DNA from: Cenococcum geophilum
Taxonomy: Eukaryota
Assembly: GCA_050273025.1 (NCBI GenBank)
Contig: CP158635.1
Coordinates: 32,674,001 to 32,738,000 of the forward strand
Length of the DNA stretch: 64,000 bases
Direction of reading: 5' to 3'
In this document: in pieces, positions 1 to 13,227 of the stretch
Position numbering within the stretch: position 1 is the stretch's first letter
Layout: the number at the start of each line of letters is the position of its first letter
Notes under the pieces: model-generated
What the model saw: only the letters and a program-made list of their open reading frames with translations
Databases searched by the model: none
Told to the model about the DNA's origin: nothing
Translations under genes and position numbers: made by a program

Positions 1-1812
1 TAACAGATAGAGCTAAAGGGGCCGCTTCTATAGGTGGACGCGGGGGGTTAGTAGACCGGCCCTAAGGCTATGCTATAGCTGCTACCGCAGCTATAGCTAA
101 AGGGGCTTCTAGTTAAAATGTAAGGCCTCTGGACGTTAGCAATTAAAGCTACAAAGACTGGGCCTGCTAGGACTTATCTAAATGGTCTAATAAGTCCTTA
201 ACCTCGCTAGCTGTCTGCTTATGTTTGGCGTATAGAGCCTTTAGTTAGTTAGTAAGGAGTAGTATAGCCTAGTAGAGAATTAATAGCTGATTTAGGCTCC
301 CTTTTTCCTATAGGTAGGGCTCTAAATCCTGCGTAAAGGCCTTATACGCCTTATACTAGAAGATAGGGTAGCTCTATACTGGATGGCTTAGGAATATCTT
401 ATAGAGGGCTACTAAGTCCTATAGAATGACCTCGCGGAGGTAAAAAAGAAGGTTCGTAACCCCTATAGCGGTAAGGTTATTAATCTAGTATAGCTATAGG
501 CCAAAATAGCCCTTCTATTTGTCCAGTTTGGGCTATATTATTAATAGCAGTATATTAGGCGGCGTAATACCCACACGGCGGATTTTAAAGCAGCCTATCT
601 GTAAGGGGTGCCCTACTATTGACCTTATAAACTCTTATGGGAGAGAGTTTAAGTAATAGCCTACTATTTGCTCTTAGTTTTACCTCCTAGCGCACTAAAT
701 CTGGTCCTCGCTAACCCCCTTTAGCTCCGCCGTCTTGGCGCTAGCGCTCCGCCTAATATACGTCTTCTTCTTTAAGAAGACGCTAACATACTAAAAGGCC
801 TTTACGACCCAATCTCGCTGCAAGTTATACAAGAGGGCTACCTCGCGGTCCCTACCGCCCTTAATTAGGCGTATATTATACCATACTAAGCGCCTACTAA
901 AGTCCGGAAACGGCTTTGTACTAAAATTCCAGCAGTATAGGAGATAGAAAGCTAGCCCGCTAAGCATATAAATGAGCAGCTTTCTATTCCATAGGGCCCT
1001 AATAGTCTTAAGGCGGCCGTGCTAGTTCTACTTACCTGCGCGTATAGTGAATATTAAGGGCATATAGCGCGTAGGGCCTTTACCCTTAAACTTAAAGGTA
1101 AATAGATCTAAGATCTCGGCGGAGCGTTTATTGCCGCTATAGGTAAGTATATAGTGGCCTAGTAGGATATTAATAAGCGTGCGGAAGTAGCACTCTAGGG
1201 ATAAGGCGGCGCCCCTGGCCTAAAGCTTACGGCAGACGCTCTAGAACTCGTCCTTGGTATAGCCGTTAAGGAGGGTATCTCTACCCTTATCGGCGAACTG
1301 CTCTTTCTTGCGCTGCGCATCCCTCCGCTGTAACGTCTTTAGGTACTCCCTAACGCTATCCTCCCGCGGAGACGGGTGGCTATTTATTTCTATAGCTTTC
1401 TGCATCTAATAGAGGTCCGTTAAAGCAGTAATATAGCCGTAAACTAACCGCCATAAGAGCCGCGTTTCCTCTTAGGGTACGTTAATATTGGCTTTACGGC
1501 TCTTCCCTTTTAAGGGCTGGCTTGCAACCTCCTTAACGAGAAAGAGAAGTAGCTTATCCTCCGTAACGGTATCGCTATTATAGTACTGCTTTCGTTTATA
1601 AAAGGCCTAAAGCCGGATAATACGTTAGCTATAGGCCGCGATACTTTTAGGAGGGGGGGGGGTATTACCTTAAATTCCTTCTGCTTTGGATTATACGTTA
1701 AAGACGTATTCTTAGGCCTTATGGCATACATAAGGGCGAGGATATACTGCGCGTTAGCGCGTAATTCGGCATTATTAGCGATATTAATCTCTACGCGGTT
1801 AATCAGCGCTAT
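1..1812 (-). pseudogene. Crypton (CryptonF/NDC10-like) tyrosine recombinase, RIP-degraded, runs off left edge
   Basis: Minus-strand translation gives N-terminal RPKNTSLTYNPKQKEF and a catalytic region KKT(H)I(G)RSA.AKTAELKGVSEDQI..A.R(W)N.EQ.VG.YLNSLP..F.RS..GHP at ~610-790 (H-x-x-R..W..Y of YR recombinases). Probable intron ~1625-1670. Many TAG/TAA stops. Confidence 0.8.
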
Positions 1813-2109
1813 TTTATATAGTAGGTATAATAGCAGATATGCTGCCGCGATTAAGGATAGGTAGGGAGGACTTTTTTATATATACTTGGGGCCTCAATGG
1901 CCCTAATTACCCTACGGTCGGCGTTAATTAGCGGCTCAATTAGCAGGTGGCCCTAGATACGCGAATCTCCTCAGCTTGGCGCTGGTGGCGCTGAGGAGAT
2001 CCTTGAATCTAACCCAGGTGGCTAGCTAAACACGTGATTTTTCGGCTGACCGAGGATCAGCTGGGCAGTTAATACCAAAATATTCTATACTTTAAGAACG
2101 CTATACACT

Positions 2110-3686
2110 AAGCTCTACTAAAGCCCTGTAAAAGCTCTGCATAAAGCTCCGTATAAAGCTCTACAAAAGCTCTACCAAAAGCTCTACCAATGGCTTTGCA
2201 ACACCTCTACCCACGTAGTGTACTAGCTACGCAGTAAAATAGAGCGCGCAGTGCGCAGGGTCCAAGGGGGTCTCCCCCTTAAAGCTCTGCTCGAAGCTTT
2301 GCTCGAAGCCCTATACGGAGCTCCGAAGCTCTACTAACACGCAGCACTAATATGCTAGGAAGTCTCACAAACGTCTCTACAAACGTCTACAATCGCCTAT
2401 ACAATCGTCCGTACGAACGTCTACGGTTGTCTCTACAAACGTCTGTACGAATGCCTACACGAACGCCTACACGAACGTCTGCACGAACGCCTGCACGATC
2501 GCCTGCACGATTGCCTGCACGAACGCCTGCACGAACGCCTGCACGAACGCCTACACGAACGCCTATACAAAGCTCTTCTTAAAGCTCTATACAAAGTCGT
2601 TTATAAGGCCTTTAAAAATAAGCCTAAATACAAGCTCTATAAGAGCTCCGCACGAACCTCCATATAAAGCTCTGTAAAAGCTCTACTAAAAACTCTACCG
2701 AAGCCTCTACCGAAGCCTCTATAAGAGCTCTACCCACGCAGTAAATAGAGCACGTAGTGCGCAGGTAGGGTCTAAGGGGGTCTCCCCCTTAAGCTTAAAG
2801 TTCTACTTAAAGCTCTACTTAAAGCTTAATACGGGGCTCTAAAGCTCTACTAACACGCAGTACTAATATACTAGGAAGGTTCTATAATTGGCGTACGAAC
2901 GCCTATACAATTAATCGCCATATAATCGTCTTTACGAACGGCTCTACGAACGGCTCTATAAACGTCTGCATAATTGCCCGTACGAACGCCTATACGAACG
3001 CCCATACGAACAATTAATTAAACGTCTATACAATTGCCTATACGATCGTCTCTATAAACGTCTCTACGATTGATCGCCCGTATGAACGTCTACACGCCTA
3101 TAGGTGGCTTTATCGAAGCTTTATACGAAGCTCTATACGAAGCTCTGCAGAAGCTCTACTAAAGCCTCTACAAGACCTCTGCCTAGGCAGTAAATAGAGC
3201 ACGTAGTGCGCAGGGGGGGTCTAAGGGGGTCTCCCCCTTAAGCTTAAAGCTCTACTCGAAGCTCTACTCGAAGCTTAATATAGAGCTCTAAAGCTCTACT
3301 AATACGCAGCACTAATATACTAAGAAGGCTCTATAATCGTCTACACAAGCGGCTCTATAAATGGCTCTACGAATATTTGCACAATCGCCCGCACAAACGC
3401 CCATGCAATCAATTAATCAATTAATTAAACGCCTGTACGAACGATCAATTAAATGTCTATATAATTGCCTACACAATCGTCTCTATAAACGTCTCTGCAA
3501 TTAATCGCTAGTATAAACGTCTACACGTCTATATGTCTGCACGTCTGCACGCCTATATATAGCTCTGCACGTAGCTCTGCACGTAGCTTTATATATAGCT
3601 TTATATATAGCTCTATATAAAGCTCTGTATAAAGCTCTATACATAGCTCTATATAAAGCTCTATATAAGGCTCTACTAAAGCCCTA
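2110..3686 (+). repeat. Modular 12-bp minisatellite array (AAGCTCTGCACG / GAACGCCTGCAC) with ~450-510 bp higher-order unit
   Basis: Tandem 12-mers and RIP variants (aagctctatata). Recurrent modules AAGGGGG-TCT-CCCCCTT (2264, 2774, 3223) and ctactaacacgcagcactaatatgctaggaag. The array continues at 15372 after the LINE insertion. Confidence 0.9.
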
Positions 3687-6600
3687 TTTTTTTTTTTTTT
3701 ATATCTATTATATTATACTACGTACAATATTACGCATGCAGCCTTAGGCTATAGCGCTATAGTTCTATATACATAAATCCTTTCTAGGCAGCTTAATATG
3801 TACTAGTAGCTATGTCCTAGTAGTTTATAAACCCCTAAATTAGGAGTTTATAGTTTCCTAGTAAAATACTAAGATACTATAACTCTAGGGAATGAGAAAA
3901 TGGTAAGAAAAACTATAAGAAATCCTAACCCCTGTCCCTGTCCTTTTGTAATTTATTTCTGTCCTTTTGCTCTCTAATATCATTTTAAGAGCCTAGTAGG
4001 AGTTACCTCCTTCTAGAATCCTATCTGTTTTTATTCTTCTATAGAATCTTCTTCGCGTACTAGTTTAGCAGCTTTAAGAGTCTCATAGTCTTTACTATTA
4101 GTAAAGTGTTTTTCTTTACAATTAATGCAAAGAGGGGTGGTATACTGGCAAGGCTTGCCTATTATTATATAGGTAGAATAGGAATTATTACGGACGCTTT
4201 AAGTACTATATTATAACTACTTGGAGAGGAGTCGGAAAAAGCTAGTTAGTTAATTTAAGTACGGTCTAGTATGGAACTGGTGGAACTATATAACGAGGAA
4301 TAGTAACCAAGGTCATATAATGTGCTATGTGTTAAATGAGAGGAATAAGAGGAACTTACATACCTTATATATAACCCATATATTACGTATAAGAAGGATT
4401 TCATAGAAGTACGGTTGTGTATTTAAGGACTCTTAGTCCCTACCTAGATAGTTCCTTCCTTATAGTAATTCTTAGAATACAATTAGAGTTAATCTATTAG
4501 GCAACTACTCCACTAGTTATTATTACGTTGTTAATTACTATCTTTGCATTTCCTATACACCTAGCCTATTAATAAGCCCATCGTAGTTCTTGCTATAAGG
4601 TTCCGTTACATAATTACTACCCAGTTATAGTATTAAATATAGGAAGTCGAACAATATGCCACTAAAAGCAGCCACTATAACACTATTGACGGCGGCAATT
4701 ACGTTAAGGTCAGGGGGTGATACTAGTATAGCGGACACTGACTCGCAACAATCTGTAACGGTAGGACAATTATAAGAAATAGTTAACCAGTTAATAGAAA
4801 ATAATATAGCACTTAAATAAAGGATTAACGGGATAGGCGTAGTAAAGGTTAAGTTACTATTAATTAAAAGATTCTTAGGAGAAAGATCGAAGCTTAAAGG
4901 ATTCCTTACGTAAATGCATTTTAAAGTTGCGTAAGAGGGAGCAAAGCTAGCGATACCTATAGATTAAATAGCGTATGCAGGGTTATTCCTAACAGGAAGA
5001 GCACTTAAATAGTTTAAGCCTTACTTTATAGAGATATAAGTAAACAGAATAATAACTATAAACTAGGAAGTACGGTTTATGTTTTTAAGCTAGAACGGAT
5101 TTATAGAATAACTTATATAAATGTTTAGAGACCTAGAGGCAGTAACTATAGCGGAAAAAAAACTCTAAGATATTACACAGTAAACCTTAGTAATTAAGTA
5201 CATAATGTAGTTTTAAATATTGGTAATATAAGTTAAGTAAAATAATAGGGCGCTTATAGCATAATATAAGTAAGGACTTAAGGCTAAAGTCTAGGATATA
5301 ATTATTCTAATAGAAGATGCGGATACCTTAAGGGAACTAATAGATTAAGTAATAAAGATTAATAATAGGATTTACCAAAGGGAATAGACTAAGAGAGGTT
5401 AGGATAGAGTTTTATAGTTATATAAGATATAGAGCACGTAATAACTAAAGCTAAGTTAGAAACTATAGTATAGCGCAGAGCTAATAGACCTAAGTGGTAC
5501 TAAAGAAGCCTATAAGAGATGGAGTAAAAAACTATAAAAACCTAGAGGTTAAGGATCTAGTAATTACAGGACTAAGGAGTAGAGGCTAAACTAGGGATCT
5601 TAGTAGTAGAAGACGTTTAGGCGGACTTTATAGTAAAGTTAATAGTTTAAAGACGGAGCTTATATAAATTATGGGAAATAAGGTTATTTTGTAAGGGATT
5701 ATAAAGATGGTTAAAGTTACTATATAATAAAGGAAACCAAACTAATAGTAAAAGACACACACGTATAGAGAAATAATAGTGTACTATAAGGAATAAAAGA
5801 GTGTTTAATTAGAAGTTTCGCGTTTTGTTATAATAACGTATACTAAATTTATAAAGACGCTAAGTATAGCGCAAGCTATTGGCCATAAGAGCTAGAGTTA
5901 AAAGGACTTAGAGGAACCAAAGAGTTAGATAAAAAGTAAGATTAACTCTATAAGCTAGATTAAGATATTACAGTAATATACGGATAAAGATTAGTAATAA
6001 TAACAATAGAGTTAAAGTACTTATTAATTAATAGCGACAAGGATAGTAAAGGAACTAACTAGGGGTATCTAAACCTTAATAACGCGATAGAAGTAGAGAC
6101 TAAGACCGCTATAAAGCAAGGTTCAGTAACGGGTATTATAACACCGTTAGATACGGTATCCATTGCTTTATAAGACGGAAGGAGCAATATCTAAAAGCGA
6201 TTAAGTAAGTAGACGACTGCTAGTACTAGCTTACTACTCAATAAAGGCAAAAGGCTAAAGGCTTAAGATTCTTAAGACGAGATAAGAGATAACTAAGATT
6301 CTTAAAGTGAGATAAGGTATACCTAAGGACCTATAACGGACGAAAACCGATAGAGTAGGGCAGTAGCTTAGTTTAAAAACATACGAATAAGCTTAGAATA
6401 AGAATTCCCAACGGCATAAGACTTTTAAGACGAGATGAGTAAGATTTAAGACTCTTAAGATAAGATAAGAATACTAAGTAAGCCTAGTTGGATTAAGGCT
6501 AGAGCTAAGCTTAAGTTAAAAGCAAGCTTAGGATTAAAAAATCTAAGGGGTTAAGAATTTGGAGAATGAATTAGGACACCTATAGGTAGGAAGTAAGGAG

Positions 6601-9600
6601 CTTTATTATAGATTAGAGAATCTGCAATATAAATAGTAACTAAACTAGGAGATAGATATATGGACTTAGAGGACTTACTAGTAGAATAAAGTGTTTGGAC
6701 TAAAGATTAAAAAGCCAATACTAAGATTAAGAAGTAAGGAGACTTTAAGGATCTACTTATAAGACGCGACACAAAGGAAACCATGGAGGAATTTAGAGTA
6801 AGAATTACCTTATAGCAAGAACAGAAACTAGATAAGAGATTTAGTATATTAGGACGTATAAAGGACAGAGCGCTAGTATAAAGGGTTATTAATAGGCCTA
6901 GAGTAGGCACACTAAGAGCTAAGTGGCTTATTAAACTGGAATAAGAAGAGGATCTAGGGATTCCTATTAGGTTTAAGGAATAACACACTAAAGGTTATTA
7001 CGACGCAGTAATAAAGAGATATTTCCTTATAAATAAGCTATATATACTTAAGCAGCTATACTAAAAGTGGTATAGGCAACGACACAATAATAAGTAGGAA
7101 GATTTCTATATATAGTTAGACGAAAAAGTTATCTAAGACCACCCGATTATAGAGAAGACTATAACTTATATTAAGGGAGCTTTAATTATAATATTAAAGG
7201 ATCTAGAGGAGCAATTAGAGGACTGGAGAAGCGAAAGGTAAATCTTAGTACCCGCGAACGAAGTCGCAACGCTTAGATTAATGCGAGAAAGGTTTAAACT
7301 TAAGGGCGAGGATAAGCCGAGAGTTGACCTAAGATATTAAGCATATTATACACTATTGTAAATAGTATGCGTGGATAATACGTGTAATATGCATAGAGCA
7401 CTAAAAGATAAAAATTGGAAGTATCTAATAAGGATATATTGGATGATGGATAAAGTAAAGTATCGAAATGCTAAGTATATATATAGTTAGTACCTAGTAG
7501 AAGTTTAAGAATAAGGGGACTTAATACTTTAACTAGGAAGATTTCTTACGGAAGAATGCCTAGATGGATAATAATGGTGAGAATGTTTAAAGAATACCTG
7601 TCTATGGTATATTAAAGACAAAAAATAAACTAAGTATTGGCCTAAGTTAGACTAAGTATAAATAGGATCTAGTAGCTAATAGTTAGGAAAAGTAGAGGCC
7701 TACGGGACTAAAAGGAGCTAGTAGTAGAGCCTTAGACCCTTAAGGGAATTTAAGGACAATACCTAAATTTATAAGTTAAATAGCAAGATTAATAGTTTGA
7801 GGTATTAATAGATAGTAGAGTAATAAGGAACCATATCTTACTAGTAGTAGTTAAAAAAATGGGGTTACTATATAGGTAGAAGGAACGTCTTTACCTATTA
7901 GTGACAATTTTAGGAGATCCGATAGCCTATAGAGGAGGCATTATTAATCTTAAAACAGGACCTATTTAGCTAACTATTAAGGGAAGATAAATTGAGATGT
8001 CTTTCGATATATTACTATTAGGGAATGATAAGGCAGTATTAGGAATGCCTTAGTTATAGGAATATAATCTAAGAATCGATTAGATTATAGGTTAGGTCAA
8101 TATTAGAGATACTTAACGCCGCAAGATACGATAATAAGCTAAGTTAGTATAGTACTAAGTAGGAGCGACCTATAAAGAAATGGAAAAAGGGCTAAGTTAT
8201 ATACTAAAGAGATACTATAAGTATAGTAAGAAACTATAGTTACTAGAGAGTAAAAAGCTGTTAGAGTATATAGTATAGGACTATAAAATAGAATTAGAAC
8301 CAGGAATAAGTCTAAGGTTCTTTCCAATCTATAAGTTTACTAAAGAAGAAGGTAGAGTATTAAAAGAGTTTATCTAAGAAAACTTATAAAAGGGATATAT
8401 TAGACTATTATAGTTATTAGCGGGTTATCCAGTACTATTTATACTAAAAAAGAATAGTAAACTAAGGCTATATATTAACTATAGATAGTTAAACAGCATT
8501 ACCAGAAAGAATAGGTATCCTTTACCCTTAATTAGCGAAATCTAAGACAGGATAGGTAATGCGCAAATCTTTACGAAGATAGATCTAAGATAGACGTACT
8601 ATTAGATTAGAATTAAGGAAGGCAATAAATAAAAGGCAGCCTTTAGGTTAAAGGAAGGACTATATAAACTATTAGTTATATAATTTAGGCTTATAAACGT
8701 ACTAGTAATGTTCTAAAAGCGTATTAATAATATATTAGGAGAATATTTGGATAAATTTGTTATAGTATATCTTAATAATATTATTATCTACTTAATAACT
8801 AAGGAAGAATACGGGGAATATGTTAAATAGGTCTTAAAGAGACTATAAGAAGAATAGATGCTAGTAGCAATTAAGAAATGCGAGTTCTTTACTAGGAAAA
8901 CTAATTTTATTAAATTTATTATTAAACTAGGCTAACTTAGTATAGATCTAAAGAAGATTAAGGCTATAGTAAATTGGTAAAAACTAGAGAACGTTACGTA
9001 GTTAAGGTTATTTTTAGGGTTTTGCAATTACTATAGAAGGTTTATAGCGCAGTAGTTAAAGGACATTAAACCACTTACGCGATTAATAAAGAAAGAAGAA
9101 CTATGGGTATAGGAAGAGGAATAGTAGAAACTCTTTAAGAAGATTAAAGAGTTATTTACCTAGGAGCCAGTTCTTAAGATCTATTAACTAGGACTAGAGA
9201 CAGTTATAAAAATAGATATATTAAACTTTATACTAGGAGTATATTTTATATAAAGGTATTTAGATAGATGGCATCTAGTAGCATATTACAGTCGGAAGAT
9301 AATACTACTAGAGTTAAACTATAACATCTATAATAAGGAGTTGTTAGGTATAGTTATAGTACTAAAGGAATAAAGAGCGTTCTTATAAGGTATAAAGAAA
9401 CTATTTATAGTTAAAATGGATTATAAGAACCTAATAGGGTTCCTAATAACTAAAGAACTTAATTAAAGATAGGTTAGATGGGCAGAGATACTTATAGAAT
9501 ACTATTTTAAGATTTAGTATACTAAGGGTATAGACAATACGCGAGCCGATGCGTTAAGTTAAAAGGCTAAACTATAAAATAATAATAAGCTATTAGGGGC

Positions 9601-9683
9601 TTTACTATAAAAAGATATAGATAGATTAATTAGGTATAATTATCTAAAGATTATAGCAACTTAAGAAAATAAGTTAGAAAAGG

Positions 9684-11226
9684 TATAAGCTTTGCAGTGT
9701 GTGGGAATTAAACAAGCGACTTAATTGTAAATCTATGGAAATCAAGTGGTATAAATACATGAAAGTAGACCCCGAACTCTAAAGCCCATAACTCATTTCC
9801 AACGTATCTGAGATATACGAGGGTAGTGCTAACGCAGGTGAAACAGGGTAATATGCAAGGTCTAGTAGTCGGTTACACACCCCCCTAGATTTGACGGTGT
9901 AGTCAAAGCTGTAGAAAACAATTAAAGGTAGAAACTGTATCAAACAGGAGTAACAAAAGGGTCGTTTTAGACTATATCTCCCCAACTTTATATCTCTGGA
10001 TATAGAGCTGTATTCAAAGAGATGTCCTCCCTAGCCTCTCAGGAGACTATGTTCAAAAAGGCGTCCTCCCTAGCCTCTTAGGAGACTATATTTAAAGAGG
10101 TATAGTAATTTGATCTGCATTCGAGGCAGTCAATTAATCTGTGCTCGCGGTAGATCTTTTTAATCTATAGTTGAGGTAGATGTTCGATCTGTATTTGAGG
10201 TAGTTATTTGGGCTGTAGCTATATAAGCTGTAATCGAGGTAGATCTAGAGGTAGTCACTTAGTGACTCTGGTGACGTTAAGACGTTATATCTGGTGACGT
10301 TGCGGTCGTCGCAACTGGTGCCGATAAGGCTGGTGCCGATGAGGCTAGTGCCAATAAGGCTGGTGTTTCGGAAGGGCGTCTACAGCGTGATGGCTGCGAC
10401 TGGTTGTAGTGTTGGTGTCTATAGCGTAATAGCTGCGACTAATTGTAGTGTTGGTGCCTCCCCAGGAGGCCTTGATTTGATTTGGTAATAGGCCTATATT
10501 AAGGCTCTGGTGTTCGCTAGCTGGTCGTTTAAACGGTTGTCTGGTGCCTTCCTTATGTCTACCCAGTATCCTTATCTCTCACCATTAGTATATCCAAGCT
10601 AGCTTATGCATCTAGCATTTACTGGCTTCGTGCTCTGGCGTATTGCACTAGCTTCCGTGCTCTTTTAGCTCCGTGCTCTGGCATCTCGCACTAGCTCCGT
10701 GCCCTGGTTATTGCGCTGGCTGGGCTCTTACTTAGACGCCATATAAGGTCGTTACGCTGTGGTAGGTAGGTCGATTTTGTTAATTGGTTGTGTATCTGGG
10801 TTAAAGGAGGTTCGGGTTTGTACGGTCGGGTTCGTACAGTTAGGTTCGGTTCGGTTTAATTAATGTTCGATGCAATTGATTATCCGTCCGTTTGGTAAAT
10901 AAAGGTAATTATAAATATAAGAGAGGTACCCGGAAAAAGCTCGAAATACTTGCAAAGGTGGTAGATTAATTGCTTAGTAAGCGCTGAATATACAGATCAA
11001 ATACAGTACGGTAGGCAGGCCGGGCTCATAACTGTAAGCTTTGCAGTGTATGGGAATTGAACAAGCGACTTAATTGTAAATCTATGGAAATCAAGTAGTA
11101 TAAATACATAAAAGTAGACCCCGAACTCCGAAGCCCATAACTCATTTCTAACGTATCTGAGACATATAAGGGTAGTGCTGACGCAGGTGAAACAGGGTAA
11201 TATGCAAGGTCCGGTAGTCGGTTACA
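9684..11226 (-). mobile_element. Small non-autonomous LTR element (Copia-type PBS) nested in Gypsy copy 1
   Basis: 194-bp LTRs at 9684-9877 and 11033-11226, TSD AAAGG. Minus-strand PBS GTTATGAGCCC next to the 5' LTR, PPT AGGGGGGTG. No recognisable pol in the 1.15 kb interior. Confidence 0.88.
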
Positions 11227-12649
11227 AAAGGTCTATAAGATACTAGAAAGCTTTTAGGTATAAAGAATTCTAAAAGCATAGCTAGAAGATCTATAGTTAG
11301 ATATATATAAAAACTAAGAGGCGAAGTATATCCTAAGAAGTATAGCAGAGTAGTTTATAGAGGACTTCTATAAGGGATTAACTTAAGGACATAACAGAGT
11401 TATGGGCTTAGTGTTAAGACTTTAGGAGGAGTATATTATTGATAGAATCTAGAGGATAGCTAGAAAGGTCACTAAGGAGTATCTAAATTACTAAAGGAAT
11501 AAACTAATAAGGTATAAGCCGTATAGAGGGCTATAACCTATTAAAATACCAGAAAGACTATAGGAGGTCATATTATAAGACTTTATTATTAAGTTACTAA
11601 AGTTAAAAGATCCTATTACCGGATAAGATTATAATATAATTCTAGTAATAGTAGATAAGCTTACGAAGTGGGGATACTTTATAGTATGTACGGAAGAAAT
11701 TTTAGCGGAAGATATTACTAAAATCTATATTAAAGAAGTGTTTATAAGATATAGAGCACTAAGCAAAATTATATTAGATAGAGATTTAAGATTTATAGCA
11801 GTATTCTAAGAGGTATTTTTAGCGGAATAAGGAGTTCGAGTAGTAACTTCTACCGTATATTATCCGCAGACAGACGGCTAAACGGAAAGATTAAACTAGA
11901 CACTAGAGTAGTATTTAAGGTATTATATTAATTACGCATAGAATAATTAGGTATTGTTGTTACTAGTTATATAGTTTATATACAATATAACACCACAAGA
12001 AGGAATAGGTACGTCACTATTTAAGGCGAATTACGGATACGAGCTAAGAATATTATTATTGCCACGTTAAGCAAAGAAAACGAGTAGTAGAGCTAAGTAA
12101 AGAATGGAGACTTTAATAAATCTTTATGCAAACCTTATAGAAACAGCTAAGGTAGTATAGCAAAGAATAAAAAAATACTATAACGCTAAGAGATCTAAGG
12201 GACTAGATCTTAAGGAGGGAGATAAAGTATAGCTACTATATAAAAATTTTAAGAGTTAATAACTAAGTAAGAAGTTAGACTATGTTAGACTAGGACCTTT
12301 TAAAATTATATAAAGGATTTCACCGGTTACATTTAAGTTAAACCTACTAGCTAAAATAAAGATCTACCCTATATAGTATATTGCGATACTAGAGCTAGTA
12401 TACGGGGATATTAAGCTATTAGTTTACAAAGTAGACACGTATAGAGGATAAGAAGAAGATAAATAGCAAGTTTCGAAGATTATTAGTTATAAGGACATTA
12501 ATAATAAAATATAGTATAAGGTTAAGTAGATAGGCTATAATAAGACTACCTAGAAACCACTAGAGAATTTAAAGAATGCTATAAGAAAGGTATAGGAGTA
12601 TTAGAAGAGAAGAGGTTAGGTAATATTAATAAAGAAGGATCGCTAAAAA

Positions 12650-13227
12650 ATAAGTTACCTAAGGGGGACCTAGGAAGAGCGACTGCCGAACTACTCGGAG
12701 TTGTTTCCTTTAGAGGAGGAGAATTAGTTCTCTTATTACCTAGTTTCTAAAGACCTTATTCTATAAGTTTTTACTCCTTAAAATAAACCTTTTTATAAAC
12801 CTTCTTAAGGTAAAGTAATTAAGTAGATGCCACGATATAAGTATTTAAGGCCTTCTGTTCCGCATTATAAGAACGTTCTAACTTAGTAAGGGCTTAAGAC
12901 AGTTTACTATCTAGCTATATAGTAGTAGATTAAATATAAGACCCTAAGATAAATTAATTAAGGAACTAGACGACTATTAAGAGTAATAGGTTACGTATAT
13001 TTAGTATTAGAGGTAAAGCAAACATTACAGGATGAATGAATATTCGCTTTAGTACACTCTAAGTAAGAGGACGGTTATTATAAAAAAGGACTCGCTAACG
13101 TAATATAAACTAACCCCTCTTTTGTATAACGAGAATACGGAGATAGTATAATTTCACTAAGCGATAATATGGCAGCAATAGTGCGGGCATAATATTACGC
13201 GTATAAAGAAGAAGATGCTTTAGGTAT
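12650..13227 (-). pseudogene. Antisense extra ORF of Gypsy family 1 (Cys-cluster + coiled-coil), copy 1
   Basis: Homologous to 55380-56121(-) and 60357-60965(+). Reads (M)PKASSS..ARTIAAILSL.EI..SP(C)SR(C)..EGLV(C)..LASP...PSS(C)LECTKANI.SSC. Confidence 0.65.

Noticed and set aside
1..1812. Starship captain (DUF3435) marking a giant element covering the window
   Set aside because: The motifs fit Crypton/NDC10-type recombinases, the gene points out of the window, and no cargo host genes are present.
6707..8327. Hydrophobic short ORFs (also 22759, 29649, 40263, 48248, 51982, 63272) as membrane proteins
   Set aside because: They are off-frame or antisense readings of RIPped AT-rich TE sequence.
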